The translations under genes were made by a program, and so were the position numbers. A DNA stretch of 53,922 nucleotides from a virus (Duplodnaviria > Caudoviricetes), in the IMG/VR virus record IMGVR_UViG_3300010354_000116, positions 1 through 53,922 of that record, one strand, 5' to 3'. The notes under the pieces were generated by a model. That model saw only the letters and a program-made list of their open reading frames with translations, did not search any database and was not told the DNA's origin. This document shows, one piece after another, positions 9,346 to 19,098 of the stretch. The stretch's first letter is position 1, and every line of letters begins with the position of its first letter.

Positions 9346-10065
9346 ATGGCGAATACGCATTTCTCCGGTCCCGTACTCTATTCTGGCGCAAACACAAACC
9401 CTTACTTTGCCGGTATGGCTGAAATGCCGATTGGCGTTAACTTGGGTGTGTTTTCAATCATCGACGACTTTACTGGCGTGGCGTTTGACTCCACAAACGA
9501 CTGGACCGTAGTCAAAGACTCCGGCGCTTCTGTAGGTATCGTAGCCGATACCGTTGGTGGCGAGCTGGCTCTGACTTCCGCTGCTACTACTGACGACGAC
9601 GGCGGTTCTATTCAGGGTAACGAGATTTTTGCAGTAGCATCCAACACCGGCATTTTCTTCTCCACACGTATCAAGTGCAGCGACGCTGATCAGACTGACA
9701 TTTGTGTGGGGTTGACTGTGAACTTTGCGACTAACCCGGAAGCTATGCTGACTGCAGCTGATCGCATTGTGTTCCAAGTGGACGACGGTAATGCGTCTAT
9801 TCTCTGCAAGACAGAGAAGAATGGTACTGAGACGTCTACAGACTCCGGCGTTGATCTGGCGGACGACACCTACGTGGTGCTTTCCTTCAACGTGCTGAAC
9901 ACAGGCAGCGTGACGTTCTACGTCAACGGCAAGCAAGTTGCCCAGCACACTACCAATATTCCGGACGATGAAAACCTCACCATTGGTGCCATGAGCCTCT
10001 CAGGTTCTGCCAGCGGTACTCGCGTGACTACTCTGGACTACATTATGGCGGCCCAGACCCGCTAA
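9346..10065 (+). CDS. putative virion structural protein (beta-rich)
   Basis: 239 aa, MANTHFSGPV start, GAGG SD; lectin-like C-terminal pattern VTFYVNGKQVA. Confidence 0.7.
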   Translation: MANTHFSGPVLYSGANTNPYFAGMAEMPIGVNLGVFSIIDDFTGVAFDSTNDWTVVKDSGASVGIVADTVGGELALTSAATTDDDGGSIQGNEIFAVASNTGIFFSTRIKCSDADQTDICVGLTVNFATNPEAMLTAADRIVFQVDDGNASILCKTEKNGTETSTDSGVDLADDTYVVLSFNVLNTGSVTFYVNGKQVAQHTTNIPDDENLTIGAMSLSGSASGTRVTTLDYIMAAQTR

Positions 10066-10075
10066 GAGGTGAGCC

Positions 10076-10210
10076 ATGAGCGACGCTGAAAAGGCTAAGA
10101 AACCGGCCAAGAAGGCCGTGAAAGAACAGGCACCCGCACCGGTGGAACTCCCACCGGTCGGCTCCGCCGCACGAAAGGCAATGATCCTGCAGGGTCTTAT
10201 TAAGGAGTAA
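10076..10210 (+). CDS. small K/P/A-rich hypothetical protein (44 aa)
   Basis: Below track cutoff. GAGGT SD; MSDAEKAKKPAKKAVK...QGLIKE fills the gap between neighbours. Confidence 0.7.
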   Translation: MSDAEKAKKPAKKAVKEQAPAPVELPPVGSAARKAMILQGLIKE

Positions 10211-10213
10211 GTC

Positions 10214-10807
10214 ATGCAATATGATATTTGGGCGATAAACCCAGCTCCAGACGACGACATTCTGCGTGCGAATGCTTCTATTGCTGGTGCTGGCGCACTG
10301 ACCCTGCTTACTACGAGTGTTTCTCCGTACGGGACGGGCTACAAAATAGCCATTACATCCGCCGGAAACGACACGGGTATTACGTTTACCATCGTAGGTA
10401 TTAAAGTAGGCGATCTCACCGGGGCTAACACAACCGAAGTGGTGACTGGCGCAAGCGGTGCCGCCGCTACTTCTGCAAACTTCTACACAGTGGTGAGCAG
10501 TGTTACGGCTAGCGGGGCATCTGCTGGTAACGTCAAGATTGGTTCTACCGGGTCTTTGGCGTTCCCCCGCACTCGCATCAAGAGTTTGTATTTCGTAAGC
10601 GCGGCTAATGCAGGGTCTGTGAGCTTCAACCTCAACAGCTCTACCGGTGCTACGCTACTTAAACTTGAAACCCCCGGCGGGGCGACAGCGTTCTCAGATA
10701 GTGTGACTATACCGGGTGAGGGTATTCTGACCACTCGTAGCAACCGCACTGACTTTGCTGTTATGACGCTAGCCGAAGTAACTAATGTGACGGTGTTCTG
10801 TGGCTAA
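10214..10807 (+). CDS. putative virion structural protein
   Basis: 197 aa, G/A/S/T-rich; TAAGGAG SD. Confidence 0.7.
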   Translation: MQYDIWAINPAPDDDILRANASIAGAGALTLLTTSVSPYGTGYKIAITSAGNDTGITFTIVGIKVGDLTGANTTEVVTGASGAAATSANFYTVVSSVTASGASAGNVKIGSTGSLAFPRTRIKSLYFVSAANAGSVSFNLNSSTGATLLKLETPGGATAFSDSVTIPGEGILTTRSNRTDFAVMTLAEVTNVTVFCG

Positions 10808-11060
10808 ATCACCTGCTTGGACTCGTAAAGAAGGGAAAGACCCGAAGGGCGGCCTGAATGCTAAGGGCCGCGCTTCTGCCAAAGCGCAGGGTATGAACCT
10901 GAAACCTCCTGCGCCGAACCCAAAAACGGATAAAGACGCTGCTCGACGCAAGTCGTTCTGCGCTCGGATGAAGGGTATGAAGGCCAAGAACACAAGTTCA
11001 AAGACAGCGAACGACCCCAACAGCCGAATCAACAAAAGCCTGCGGGCGTGGAATTGTTGA
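10800..11060 (+). CDS. small basic protein
   Basis: MAKSPAWTRKEGKDPKGGLNAKGRAS...RRKSFCARM...SLRAWNC; strongly K/R-rich. Confidence 0.8.
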   Translation: MAKSPAWTRKEGKDPKGGLNAKGRASAKAQGMNLKPPAPNPKTDKDAARRKSFCARMKGMKAKNTSSKTANDPNSRINKSLRAWNC

Positions 11061-11061
11061 A

Positions 11062-11208
11062 ATGCCATCTACATCAAAACGAATGCGTAAGTTTATGGCC
11101 GCAGCCGCGCACAACCCCAAGTTTGCAGCGAAAGCTGGTATTCCGGTTGATGTTGCAAAAGAGTTCAATCGCGCCGATCAGCGCAAATCCAAGAGGGCGA
11201 AGAAATGA
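11062..11208 (+). CDS. small basic protein (48 aa)
   Basis: Below track cutoff. MPSTSKRMRKFMAAAAHNPKFAAKAGIPVDVAKEFNRAD...; ATGA overlap with the next gene. Confidence 0.75.
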   Translation: MPSTSKRMRKFMAAAAHNPKFAAKAGIPVDVAKEFNRADQRKSKRAKK

Positions 11209-11408
11209 AAAAGATGGATATGAAGATGATGTCTCCCCGTAAGCGTATGGACATGGAAGGCTCTGGCCCCATGAAGATGGCAAAGGGCGGCTCTTGTGGC
11301 ACCAAGCGCATGATGGGCGGCGGCATGACCAAGGGCTACGCCAAAGGTGGCGTAACTCGTGCAGATGGTTGCTGCATGAAGGGGCATACCAAAGGTCGTA
11401 TGGTGTAA
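11205..11408 (+). CDS. small M/K/G-rich protein
   Basis: 67 aa with MAKGG, MMGGG and YAKGG motifs. Confidence 0.75.
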   Translation: MKKMDMKMMSPRKRMDMEGSGPMKMAKGGSCGTKRMMGGGMTKGYAKGGVTRADGCCMKGHTKGRMV

Positions 11409-11411
11409 GCC

Positions 11412-11588
11412 ATGATGCCTTGTCGCGGGATGGGCGCAGTAGACCCCGGCAAATTGCCGGGTAACGGCTTCAAAAGTGGTGGCACAGTGAAGGACGCTTG
11501 CTACCGCAAAGTGAAGGCGCAATACCGCGTATTTCCCTCCGCCTACGCATCGGGTGCTATAGCCAAGTGCCGTAAACGAGGTGGGTGA
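11412..11588 (+). CDS. small basic protein (58 aa)
   Basis: Below track cutoff. MMPCRGMGAVDPGKLPGNGFKSGGTVKDACYRKVKAQYRVFPSAYASGAIAKCRKRGG. Confidence 0.75.
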   Translation: MMPCRGMGAVDPGKLPGNGFKSGGTVKDACYRKVKAQYRVFPSAYASGAIAKCRKRGG

Positions 11589-11863
11589 TGGCCGTACGCA
11601 AGACTGAAAAAGGGGCGTCACTTCGTCGCTGGTTCAAAGAGGACTGGAAAGACGTACGCACCGGCAAGGCTTGTGGCAGGCAGGAAGGGGAAAAACGCGG
11701 CACGCCGTATTGCAGACCGACTAAGCGGGTATCCGAGAAAACGCCAAAGACGTCCTCTGAGATGACCGCAGCTGAAAAACGATCTAGGATTGCCCAGAAA
11801 AAGAGTTTAGGTCAGCCAGCAGGTGCGCCAAAGCGCGTGCAGCCGCTGAAGAGGAATAAGTGA
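11588..11863 (+). CDS. small basic protein
   Basis: LRRWFKEDWKDVRTGKACGR...PYCRP; TGATG overlap with the previous gene. Confidence 0.75.
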   Translation: MAVRKTEKGASLRRWFKEDWKDVRTGKACGRQEGEKRGTPYCRPTKRVSEKTPKTSSEMTAAEKRSRIAQKKSLGQPAGAPKRVQPLKRNK

Positions 11864-12567
11864 TGGCGACGTCCGGCACTACCGCGTTCAACTTGGACTT
11901 TACCGAGATCGCTGAAGAAGCGTGGGAACGTGCTGGGCGTGAGATGCGTTCGGGGTACGACCTTCGTACTGCGCGTCGCTCGATGAATTTGCTCACTATT
12001 GAGTGGCAGAATCGCGGCATCAACATGTGGACTATTGAAGAAGGGACGCTTAACTTGGAGCAAGGTGTAGCCAGCTACGCTCTTCCAGACGACACGATTG
12101 ACTTGCTAGAACACGTAGTTCGCACGGGGGCAGGAAATGTTAGTACTCAGTCTGATCTTAACATTAGCCGCATCAGTGTCTCTACATACTCTTCTATCCC
12201 TAATAAACTTACTCAAGGAAGACCGATCCAGCTTTACATTGACCGAGGGCAAGAACACCCAACGGTAACTGTGTGGCCGGTGCCGGATCAAGGCACGCAG
12301 GCGCAGCCATACTACGTAATGAAGTACTGGCGTATGCGCCGCATTCAGGATGCTGGTAGCGGGGTACAGACCCCGGACATCAACTTCCGTTTTCTGCCGT
12401 GTCTGGTTGCGGGTTTGGGGTACTACATTGCCCAGAAAGACCCTGATTTGATGCCGCGCATCCCAATGTTGCAGGCAGAATACGAGCGCCAGTTTGAACT
12501 TGCTGCGGGCGAAGATAGAGAAAAAGCCCCTGTTAAATTCGTGCCACGTATGTTTTATACGAGGTAA
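11863..12567 (+). CDS. putative head completion/head-tail adaptor protein
   Basis: About 234 aa; ARRSMNLLTIEWQNRGINMWT...VWPVPD pattern; function inferred from position. Confidence 0.6.
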   Translation: MATSGTTAFNLDFTEIAEEAWERAGREMRSGYDLRTARRSMNLLTIEWQNRGINMWTIEEGTLNLEQGVASYALPDDTIDLLEHVVRTGAGNVSTQSDLNISRISVSTYSSIPNKLTQGRPIQLYIDRGQEHPTVTVWPVPDQGTQAQPYYVMKYWRMRRIQDAGSGVQTPDINFRFLPCLVAGLGYYIAQKDPDLMPRIPMLQAEYERQFELAAGEDREKAPVKFVPRMFYTR

Positions 12568-12569
12568 CC

Positions 12570-12881
12570 ATGAGCAACCGGTTTGCTTCTGGGCAAAAAG
12601 CTCTTGCGCTGTGCGACGTATGTGGGTTTCCTTACAAGCTGCGCGAGCTGCGTAATTTGATCGTCAAGGGTAAGGATACGCACGTCAAAGCCTGCCCCGA
12701 GTGCTGGGACCCAGACCAACCGCAACTGCATCTGGGGGAGTTCCCGATAGATGACCCACAAGCGTTGCGCGACCCAAGACCTGATTTCAACGAGTTCCCC
12801 CAAGAACGTGCACGGCTGCAGCCTAGTGGCTCAGTTCATGCCGGGGGTACAATAGGTTACGTAAAGATCGTCATATCTTGA
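12570..12881 (+). CDS. zinc-ribbon hypothetical protein
   Basis: CDVCG and CPEC Cys pairs; GAGG SD. Confidence 0.75.
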   Translation: MSNRFASGQKALALCDVCGFPYKLRELRNLIVKGKDTHVKACPECWDPDQPQLHLGEFPIDDPQALRDPRPDFNEFPQERARLQPSGSVHAGGTIGYVKIVIS

Positions 12882-12892
12882 GAGGCACGAAC

Positions 12893-13057
12893 ATGAAGAC
12901 TGCAAAAGGACCGAAAGTGGTTGTGATGCCGGCGACTCCCACGGTGTACAAAGTAGATACCGTAAATAAGTCCACGGATGTCAAAACCAGCGGCGTGAAG
13001 ACCCGTGGTAATGGCGCGGCTACCAAGGGCACTATGGCCCGTGGACCGATGGCGTAA
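12893..13057 (+). CDS. small basic protein (54 aa)
   Basis: Below track cutoff. GAGG SD; MKTAKGPKVVV...GVKTRGNGAATKGTMARGPMA. Confidence 0.75.
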   Translation: MKTAKGPKVVVMPATPTVYKVDTVNKSTDVKTSGVKTRGNGAATKGTMARGPMA

Positions 13058-13072
13058 AAGATTTGGGAGCCC

Positions 13073-13240
13073 ATGATGAAAAAACTGGAAATGGTTACTA
13101 AAGGCGGGAAGAAAGTCCCAGCGTTTGCTGCAGACGGCGTTGGCAAAATGAAAAAAGGCGGTAAGGTGAAGAAAGGCGAGCACCGTATGCCTGATGGGCG
13201 GATTATGAAAGATTCCGCGCACAAAAAGCCCAAGAAGTAA
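13073..13240 (+). CDS. small basic protein (55 aa)
   Basis: Below track cutoff. GGGAG SD; MMKKLEMVTKGGKKVPAFAADGVGKMKKGG...HRMPDGRIMKDSAH. Confidence 0.75.
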   Translation: MMKKLEMVTKGGKKVPAFAADGVGKMKKGGKVKKGEHRMPDGRIMKDSAHKKPKK

Positions 13241-13255
13241 GTCGAGGGAAGTCCT

Positions 13256-14035
13256 GTGAACTACGAGAACTGCGGGTATGTGTATGCCATAACTAATACC
13301 GTAAATGGCGGTAGCTACATTGGCAGTACCACAAACCTAGCTAGTCGGTGGAAAACGCACAGATACCTTTTACGCAAGGGTGAGCATCACTCCTTTATTT
13401 TACAAAAAGCGTGGGACAAATATGGAGAGGCTTCGTTTTCTTTCGCTCCGATTTTAGTTTGCGCCAAACACATGAGAGGTTTTTACGAAAACGCTCTTAT
13501 TAAACTGGCGCGTTACAACGTGGTAAAGACTGATGTATTTAAAGAAGTATGCGGGGCGAAAATATCCGCAGCGTTGCGTGGGCGAAAAAAGACTGAATCG
13601 CACAGAAAAGCCATTTCTGCCGGTAAAACTGGAGTTGCGATGGGGGACAGTTTTAAGCAAAAAGCTAGACTGCGCCAGTTAGGGGTTAGTATTTCTAGTG
13701 CTACTCGTAGTAGGTTATCGGATAGCCTTAAACAAGCTAGGCACGACGAAAAAGAAGCTAATAGACAGCTGTCGATTCTTGTGTACTCTAAGTTTAAACT
13801 TGGCGACAGTGTGGAGGGTTTATGCAAACTGCACGGAATAACAAGTGCTACTTTCTATAACCATTGCGTCGCCATGAATCTGCCATCGGTCAAACACAAA
13901 GCTATAGAACTTGCCGTGAGTAAAGTTAAATCGTTACTAGAATGTGGAAGTACCTTAACTTCTGCATGTCGAGAGCTTGGTTTAAACCCAAAAACTATGT
14001 CCGCTGTCTTGTTGAGAAGAGCTAAACATGGCTGA
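13256..14035 (+). mobile_element. free-standing GIY-YIG homing endonuclease gene
   Basis: YVYAITN...SYIGST...RWKTH, LQKAWDKYG, NUMOD3-like repeats (KISAALRGRKKTESHRKAIS), C-terminal HTH-like segments; visibly more AT-rich than flanks. Confidence 0.88.
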
Positions 14036-14663
14036 TTACGCAACGCTCTGTAACCAATTGCAAGACATCTGCGAACAGACGTTTACGTCAGATCAGCTGT
14101 CGATGTTTTTTAAGAACGCAGAGCAGAAAATCTACACAACTGTGGATTTACCTGCGTTTCGCAAGAACCAAACTGGGTCGCTGACATCTGGCAACAAGTA
14201 TTTGGCAATGCCGACCGGGATGCTCTACGTCTATTCCTTGGCGGTTATAGGGGCTGACGGCGACTACGAATATCTGCTGAACAAAGACGTCAACTTCATC
14301 CGTGAAGCGTATCCGGGGCCAAACGACACAGGAAAGCCAAAGCACTACGCGGTGTTTGATCAAAATACGTTCATTCTTGGACCTACACCCAATTCCAACT
14401 ACTCGGCAGAGATACACTTCTCTTACTACCCTGAGTCTATTGTTACTGCAGGTACAACGTGGCTGGGTGATGAGTTTGATTCTGCGTTGCTCAACGGCGC
14501 TCTGGTTGAAGCGATTCGATTCCAGCAAGGTGAAGCAGGACTGATAGCCTTCTATGAAAAACTCTACGTACAGTCGCTCACGCTGCTGATCAATGTGGGT
14601 GATGGTAAACTGCGCGGCGACGCGTACCGCGACGGGCAAGTGAAAAGGAAAGTAGCAGGATGA
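14028..14663 (+). CDS. putative tail tubular protein A / adaptor
   Basis: 211 aa with GKPKHYA...ILGPTP...YYPESI...LLNGALVEA; position in the neck/tail region. Confidence 0.6.
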   Translation: MADYATLCNQLQDICEQTFTSDQLSMFFKNAEQKIYTTVDLPAFRKNQTGSLTSGNKYLAMPTGMLYVYSLAVIGADGDYEYLLNKDVNFIREAYPGPNDTGKPKHYAVFDQNTFILGPTPNSNYSAEIHFSYYPESIVTAGTTWLGDEFDSALLNGALVEAIRFQQGEAGLIAFYEKLYVQSLTLLINVGDGKLRGDAYRDGQVKRKVAG

Positions 14664-14947
14664 TCAGTACTATTGGCGGTGCGGAGCTGGGGGAAGTCAA
14701 AGCCATGTTGGTCTCTGGCCGTGGTTTTACCCCGGAAGAAGTGGCCGAGCAGGCGCTTAACAAGATCATCTCAGTTGGCGGTAACAGTCACCCTGTCATC
14801 CGTGATCAGGCTGAGGCGTTCAAAAATGAGATTCGTGGGGTGCTAGTTCATTACATGCAGCAGGCCGTGAGGTCTAACCACACTACGTTGGCAAACCGTT
14901 TCCGTGCCGCTGGGCACCCGGAACTTGTAAAACTACTGGAGATTTAA
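14660..14947 (+). CDS. hypothetical protein
   Basis: 95 aa, ATGA overlap with the previous gene. Confidence 0.75.
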   Translation: MISTIGGAELGEVKAMLVSGRGFTPEEVAEQALNKIISVGGNSHPVIRDQAEAFKNEIRGVLVHYMQQAVRSNHTTLANRFRAAGHPELVKLLEI

Positions 14948-14948
14948 C

Positions 14949-15407
14949 ATGGCTATTACCGTCACTACCGCAATGCCTACCAGCTTCAAAGTTGAGTTGC
15001 TCAAGGGTTTGCACGACTTTACGGCGTCTACTGGCGATACATTTAAGATCGCTTTGCTGAAATCTGCTTCTGCAGGTAGCGGCACTTATGGCGCTGCGAG
15101 CACCAACTATTCCAACATCACCGGCAACAGCGACGAGGCCAGCGGCACCGGCTACACGGCTGGTGGTAACACGCTTACCAACGTCACTCCGACTTCTGAC
15201 GGCACCACTGCGATCACTGACTTTGCTGATACTACGTGGTCCAGCGCGTCGTTCACTACTTGTGGGGCGATGATCTATAACACCAACAACTCAAACTCTG
15301 CGTGTGCGGTGTTGAGCTTTGGTGGAGATCAGACCGTAAGTTCCGGTGACCTGCAGATACAGTTCCCTGCAGCGGCTGCAGCTACGGCGATCATTCGTAT
15401 TGCGTGA
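14949..15407 (+). CDS. putative virion structural protein
   Basis: 152 aa, S/T/G/A-rich; GGAG SD. Confidence 0.7.
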   Translation: MAITVTTAMPTSFKVELLKGLHDFTASTGDTFKIALLKSASAGSGTYGAASTNYSNITGNSDEASGTGYTAGGNTLTNVTPTSDGTTAITDFADTTWSSASFTTCGAMIYNTNNSNSACAVLSFGGDQTVSSGDLQIQFPAAAAATAIIRIA

Positions 15408-15415
15408 GGTAAGTT

Positions 15416-16084
15416 ATGGCGCTGGTTCTTAAAGACAGAGTAAAAGAGACCTCGACTACGGCGGGTACAGGCACGCTTACGCTGGCCGGAGCCGTAGCGG
15501 GGTATCAGTCTTTTTCCGTAATCGGCGACAGTAACACTACCTATTATGCAATTGTTGATGGGACGGCCAATACGTGGGAAATAGGTATTGGTACCTATAC
15601 GGCTAGCGGTACGACCCTTTCTAGGGATACGGTCCTTGAGTCTAGTAGCGGTGGAAGTGCGGTTTCTTTTTCCTCTAACTCCAAAGATGTTTTTGTAACT
15701 TATCCGGCGGAACGCGCTGTCGCTACTGACGCCACGCAAACTCTTTCGGGTAAAACAATTACAAACCTAGTGTTTGACGGTAATTACACTGAAGACGTAT
15801 TTACTATTTCTGACGGTGCTTCGGTTGATTTAAATCCAGCTAACGGAACTATCCAATTATGGACGTTGGGGGCAAACCGATCACCTACGGCATCTTCGTT
15901 TGCTTCTGGGCAATCCATGTCATTGATGATTGACGATGGTAGTGCGTACACCATTACGTGGCCTAGCGTAACTTGGAAGACAGACGGGGGAGTCGCCCCC
16001 ACTTTACAAACTACAGGGTATACGATAGTCCAACTTTGGAAAGTAAGCACCACGCTTTACGGCGCTAGGGTCGGTGATGCGTAA
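15416..16084 (+). CDS. putative tail fibre/adaptor protein (cassette 1)
   Basis: MALVLKDRVKETSTTAGTG N-terminus; C-terminal WPSVTWKTDGGVAPT resembles the end of 19099-20148. Confidence 0.6.
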   Translation: MALVLKDRVKETSTTAGTGTLTLAGAVAGYQSFSVIGDSNTTYYAIVDGTANTWEIGIGTYTASGTTLSRDTVLESSSGGSAVSFSSNSKDVFVTYPAERAVATDATQTLSGKTITNLVFDGNYTEDVFTISDGASVDLNPANGTIQLWTLGANRSPTASSFASGQSMSLMIDDGSAYTITWPSVTWKTDGGVAPTLQTTGYTIVQLWKVSTTLYGARVGDA

Positions 16085-17655
16085 TGCTTACCGGGAAACT
16101 ACTTAGCGTTACGCAGCAGCCAGCTACTTGGAGTTTAGCTTCCTACTCAGATTTATATGTACAGCAGTTTTCTGTTACTTCGCAAGAGGGTATTCCCCAA
16201 GGGTTATTTTTTAAGCCTGACGGTACAAAAATGTACATAGTAGGAAGTGGGGGGGACGAAGTTAATGAGTACACTCTTTCTTCTGCGTGGGATATACAGA
16301 CAGCTAGTTTCGTTCAATTATTTTCAGTAGCTTCACAAGATACTACTCCGCAAGGATTGTTTTTTACATCCGATGGGTTGGGTATGTATGTGGTCGGGCA
16401 AACTAACGACAATGTGTACCAGTATTCTCTAGGTACCGCATGGAATATAAGTACTGCAAGTTATGTAAGAAGTTTTTCTGTAGCAACACAAGACACTGCC
16501 CCGACTGACGTTTTCTTCAAACCCGACGGTACAAAGATGTATGTTTTGGGGAACTCAGGGAACGACGTTAATGAGTACACATTATCTACCGCATGGGATA
16601 TAAGCACAGCTAGTTACGTGCAAGTGTTTTCGGTATCTGCGCAAGATGCCAGTCCGGAGGGGTTGTTTTTTACTTCTGATGGGCTAGGGATGTATGTAGT
16701 TGGTGCGACTAACCTTGGTGTGTATCAGTACTCTCTGGGTACTGCATGGAATATAAGTACGGCCAGTTATATCAGGACTCTTTCTATAGCTTCAGCTGAA
16801 GGGTCGCCTAGCGGACTTTCGTTTTCTGCTGACGGTACTCAGTTATATGTAGTGGGAGTTGAGTTTGATACCGTATCTAGGTTTTTGCTTACCACTGCGT
16901 GGAACATAGGTTCAGGCAAAGTTCCTACCTCAATGTCTACTGGTTCGCAGTCCAGTGGGGGGCGAGCAATTTCGTTCAAGCCAGATGGAACAGTTTTGTA
17001 TCGCGTGGCAACCGGCAATGACGCAGTGTACGAATACAGCCTATCAACACCGTGGGATATAACTACGTCTACCTATGTACGTAGTGTTTCTGTGGCTTCA
17101 CAGGATACTGTCCCCACCGGGTTGTTTTTCAAGCCGGACGGACTAAAGATGTACATGGTGGGGCAAACAAATGACACTGTACGGGAATACACATTAGCTA
17201 CTGCATGGAATGTAAGCACTGCTACGTACAGCCAAGGTTTTTCTGTGGCAACACAAGAGGGCGCACCAACTGCGCTTCAGTTCAAAGCTGACGGCACAAA
17301 AATGTACGTTATGGGTTCTGTAGGAGATGATGTCAACGAATATAATCTCTCTACGGCGTGGGACATAAGTACAGCCAGTTATGTGCAAGTGTTTTCAGTG
17401 GCAACTCAGGAAACACTCCCGACTTCGCTGTTTTTTAAACCGGACGGCACCGTGATGTACGTTGGGGGGGATACGCTTAAACTGTATCAATACGGACTCG
17501 CCACACCGTGGGATGTTAGTACAGCAAGTTATTCGGGTCAGAGTTTTGCGTTTGAGCCTTCTGGTCCTGCTTCAGCAGCGGGGATTGCGTTTAATGACAT
17601 AGGGTCTAGGCTGTTTATAGCTGCGGCCACGTTGGTGTATCAATTTTCGCTGTAA
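16084..17655 (+). CDS. beta-propeller-like repeat protein, putative receptor-binding protein
   Basis: About ten ~52-aa repeats FSVATQ..P.GLFFKPDGTKMYV.G...D.VNEY.LSTAWDISTASY. Confidence 0.75.
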   Translation: MLTGKLLSVTQQPATWSLASYSDLYVQQFSVTSQEGIPQGLFFKPDGTKMYIVGSGGDEVNEYTLSSAWDIQTASFVQLFSVASQDTTPQGLFFTSDGLGMYVVGQTNDNVYQYSLGTAWNISTASYVRSFSVATQDTAPTDVFFKPDGTKMYVLGNSGNDVNEYTLSTAWDISTASYVQVFSVSAQDASPEGLFFTSDGLGMYVVGATNLGVYQYSLGTAWNISTASYIRTLSIASAEGSPSGLSFSADGTQLYVVGVEFDTVSRFLLTTAWNIGSGKVPTSMSTGSQSSGGRAISFKPDGTVLYRVATGNDAVYEYSLSTPWDITTSTYVRSVSVASQDTVPTGLFFKPDGLKMYMVGQTNDTVREYTLATAWNVSTATYSQGFSVATQEGAPTALQFKADGTKMYVMGSVGDDVNEYNLSTAWDISTASYVQVFSVATQETLPTSLFFKPDGTVMYVGGDTLKLYQYGLATPWDVSTASYSGQSFAFEPSGPASAAGIAFNDIGSRLFIAAATLVYQFSL

Positions 17656-17666
17656 GGGTTTTTATT

Positions 17667-18104
17667 ATGTACGCAAAGCTATTGGCAGATGGGTCTATCA
17701 AAGCTCCTTACTACTTAGTTGATCTACAACGAGATTACCCCCACACTTCGTTCCCTTCGACTATTACCCAAGCCGTGCTAGATGAGTTTGGTGTAGCGGT
17801 AGTTTCAGAAACGCCGCCTCCCGAAGTAGATTTGGCAACAAGTCGGGCAACGTATACTGTAGTTCGTAACGAAGGTAAGTACCAACAGGTATGGGAAGTA
17901 ACACACCTACCAGTGGAAACTGCCTCTCAGAATGTAAGAGAGCGGCGCGACGATAAATTACGAGCATCAGACTGGACGCAGATACCGGACGCTACCGTCA
18001 ATCAAACTTCTTGGGCTTCGTATAGGCAGGCGTTGAGAGATGTTCCCCAGCAAGCGGGGTTTCCTTTTTCTGTAGTGTGGCCTAACCCCCCAACAGGACT
18101 TTAA
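17667..18104 (+). CDS. tail fibre assembly chaperone (Tfa-like)
   Basis: RDDKLRASDWTQIPD...WASYRQALRDVPQQAGFPFSVVWP. Confidence 0.85.
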   Translation: MYAKLLADGSIKAPYYLVDLQRDYPHTSFPSTITQAVLDEFGVAVVSETPPPEVDLATSRATYTVVRNEGKYQQVWEVTHLPVETASQNVRERRDDKLRASDWTQIPDATVNQTSWASYRQALRDVPQQAGFPFSVVWPNPPTGL

Positions 18105-19088
18105 ATGTTCGGGTTCAGTAGCTTTTCAGAGGTACCTTTTGCATCCCTACCTACCTCTGGGGGCGCTGTTACGGTCGCAGTTACTGGAGTTTCCGGTACC
18201 GGTGCGGCAGGCGATGTATCTATCCAAGTAACTGGAGCTGTTGTAGTTCCTTTGGGTGGGTGGGGACGCGCCGGATGGGGGGAACTTCCTTTTGGTACCG
18301 GCTCTGTTTCCGTTGCGGGACAGGGCCAAGTTGGCATTGTTACAACAGCCGTAAATCGTTCGATTGCCGTTACTGGGGTTGAAGGCACTGGTGCAGTTGG
18401 TAGTGTTACGTTTGACGTGACGTTTGCTGTCCAAGGAGTTTTTGGGACTGGCGCAGTATCTACTCCGCTACCTTTGATTGCGCTGACTCCTACAGGGGTT
18501 CAAGGCACTGGCGGGGTTGGTGCTGTTTCTATAGTAGACACTGTTATCCCTATCGGCGTAAGTGGACAAGGTGCAGTTGGTAACGTTACTGTTCGTGCGG
18601 GGCTCTTGGTTGAAGTCACTGGCGTTTCTGGTACTGGCGCTGTAGGGGACGTAGCTCTTTCTTTTGGTAAAACTATAGTTCCAGTAGGGGTATCCGGTAC
18701 CGGAGAGGTCGGCACTCCAACGCTGTCTATAAACTCCAGCGTTGTTCCTGTAGGGGTAAGTGGGCAAGGTGCAATAGGGGACGTAGCTCTCGTATACGAC
18801 GCGTTTGTCCAAGTTACTGGGGTGCAAGGCACTGGGGCAGTAGACAACGTAAGCACAGGTATAGGTAAGACTGTAATACCTACAGGAGTTTTTTGTAGCG
18901 GGGCTGTTGGTACTGTATCATTTAAGATAAGTGATTTAGTAATCCCCGTAGGCGTGCAGGGTGTTGGTGCAGTAGGAACGGTGCGTATAGCAGGGTGGAC
19001 GACCATTAACGACGCCCAGACCCCAAATTGGGTTAACATAAATGACACTCAAACCCCCACATGGGTGGACGTGAACAAAGCGGCTTAG
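18105..19088 (+). CDS. G/V/T-rich repeat virion protein
   Basis: About 13 ~20-aa repeats with core GV(S/Q)G(T/Q)GAVG.V; C-terminal W..IND.QTP repeats. Confidence 0.75.
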   Translation: MFGFSSFSEVPFASLPTSGGAVTVAVTGVSGTGAAGDVSIQVTGAVVVPLGGWGRAGWGELPFGTGSVSVAGQGQVGIVTTAVNRSIAVTGVEGTGAVGSVTFDVTFAVQGVFGTGAVSTPLPLIALTPTGVQGTGGVGAVSIVDTVIPIGVSGQGAVGNVTVRAGLLVEVTGVSGTGAVGDVALSFGKTIVPVGVSGTGEVGTPTLSINSSVVPVGVSGQGAIGDVALVYDAFVQVTGVQGTGAVDNVSTGIGKTVIPTGVFCSGAVGTVSFKISDLVIPVGVQGVGAVGTVRIAGWTTINDAQTPNWVNINDTQTPTWVDVNKAA

Positions 19089-19098
19089 GAGCTGAAAC

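Noticed and set aside
13256-14035. Group I intron around the GIY-YIG gene
   Set aside because: Only 15 nt of non-coding sequence upstream and an overlap downstream, leaving no room for a ribozyme core.
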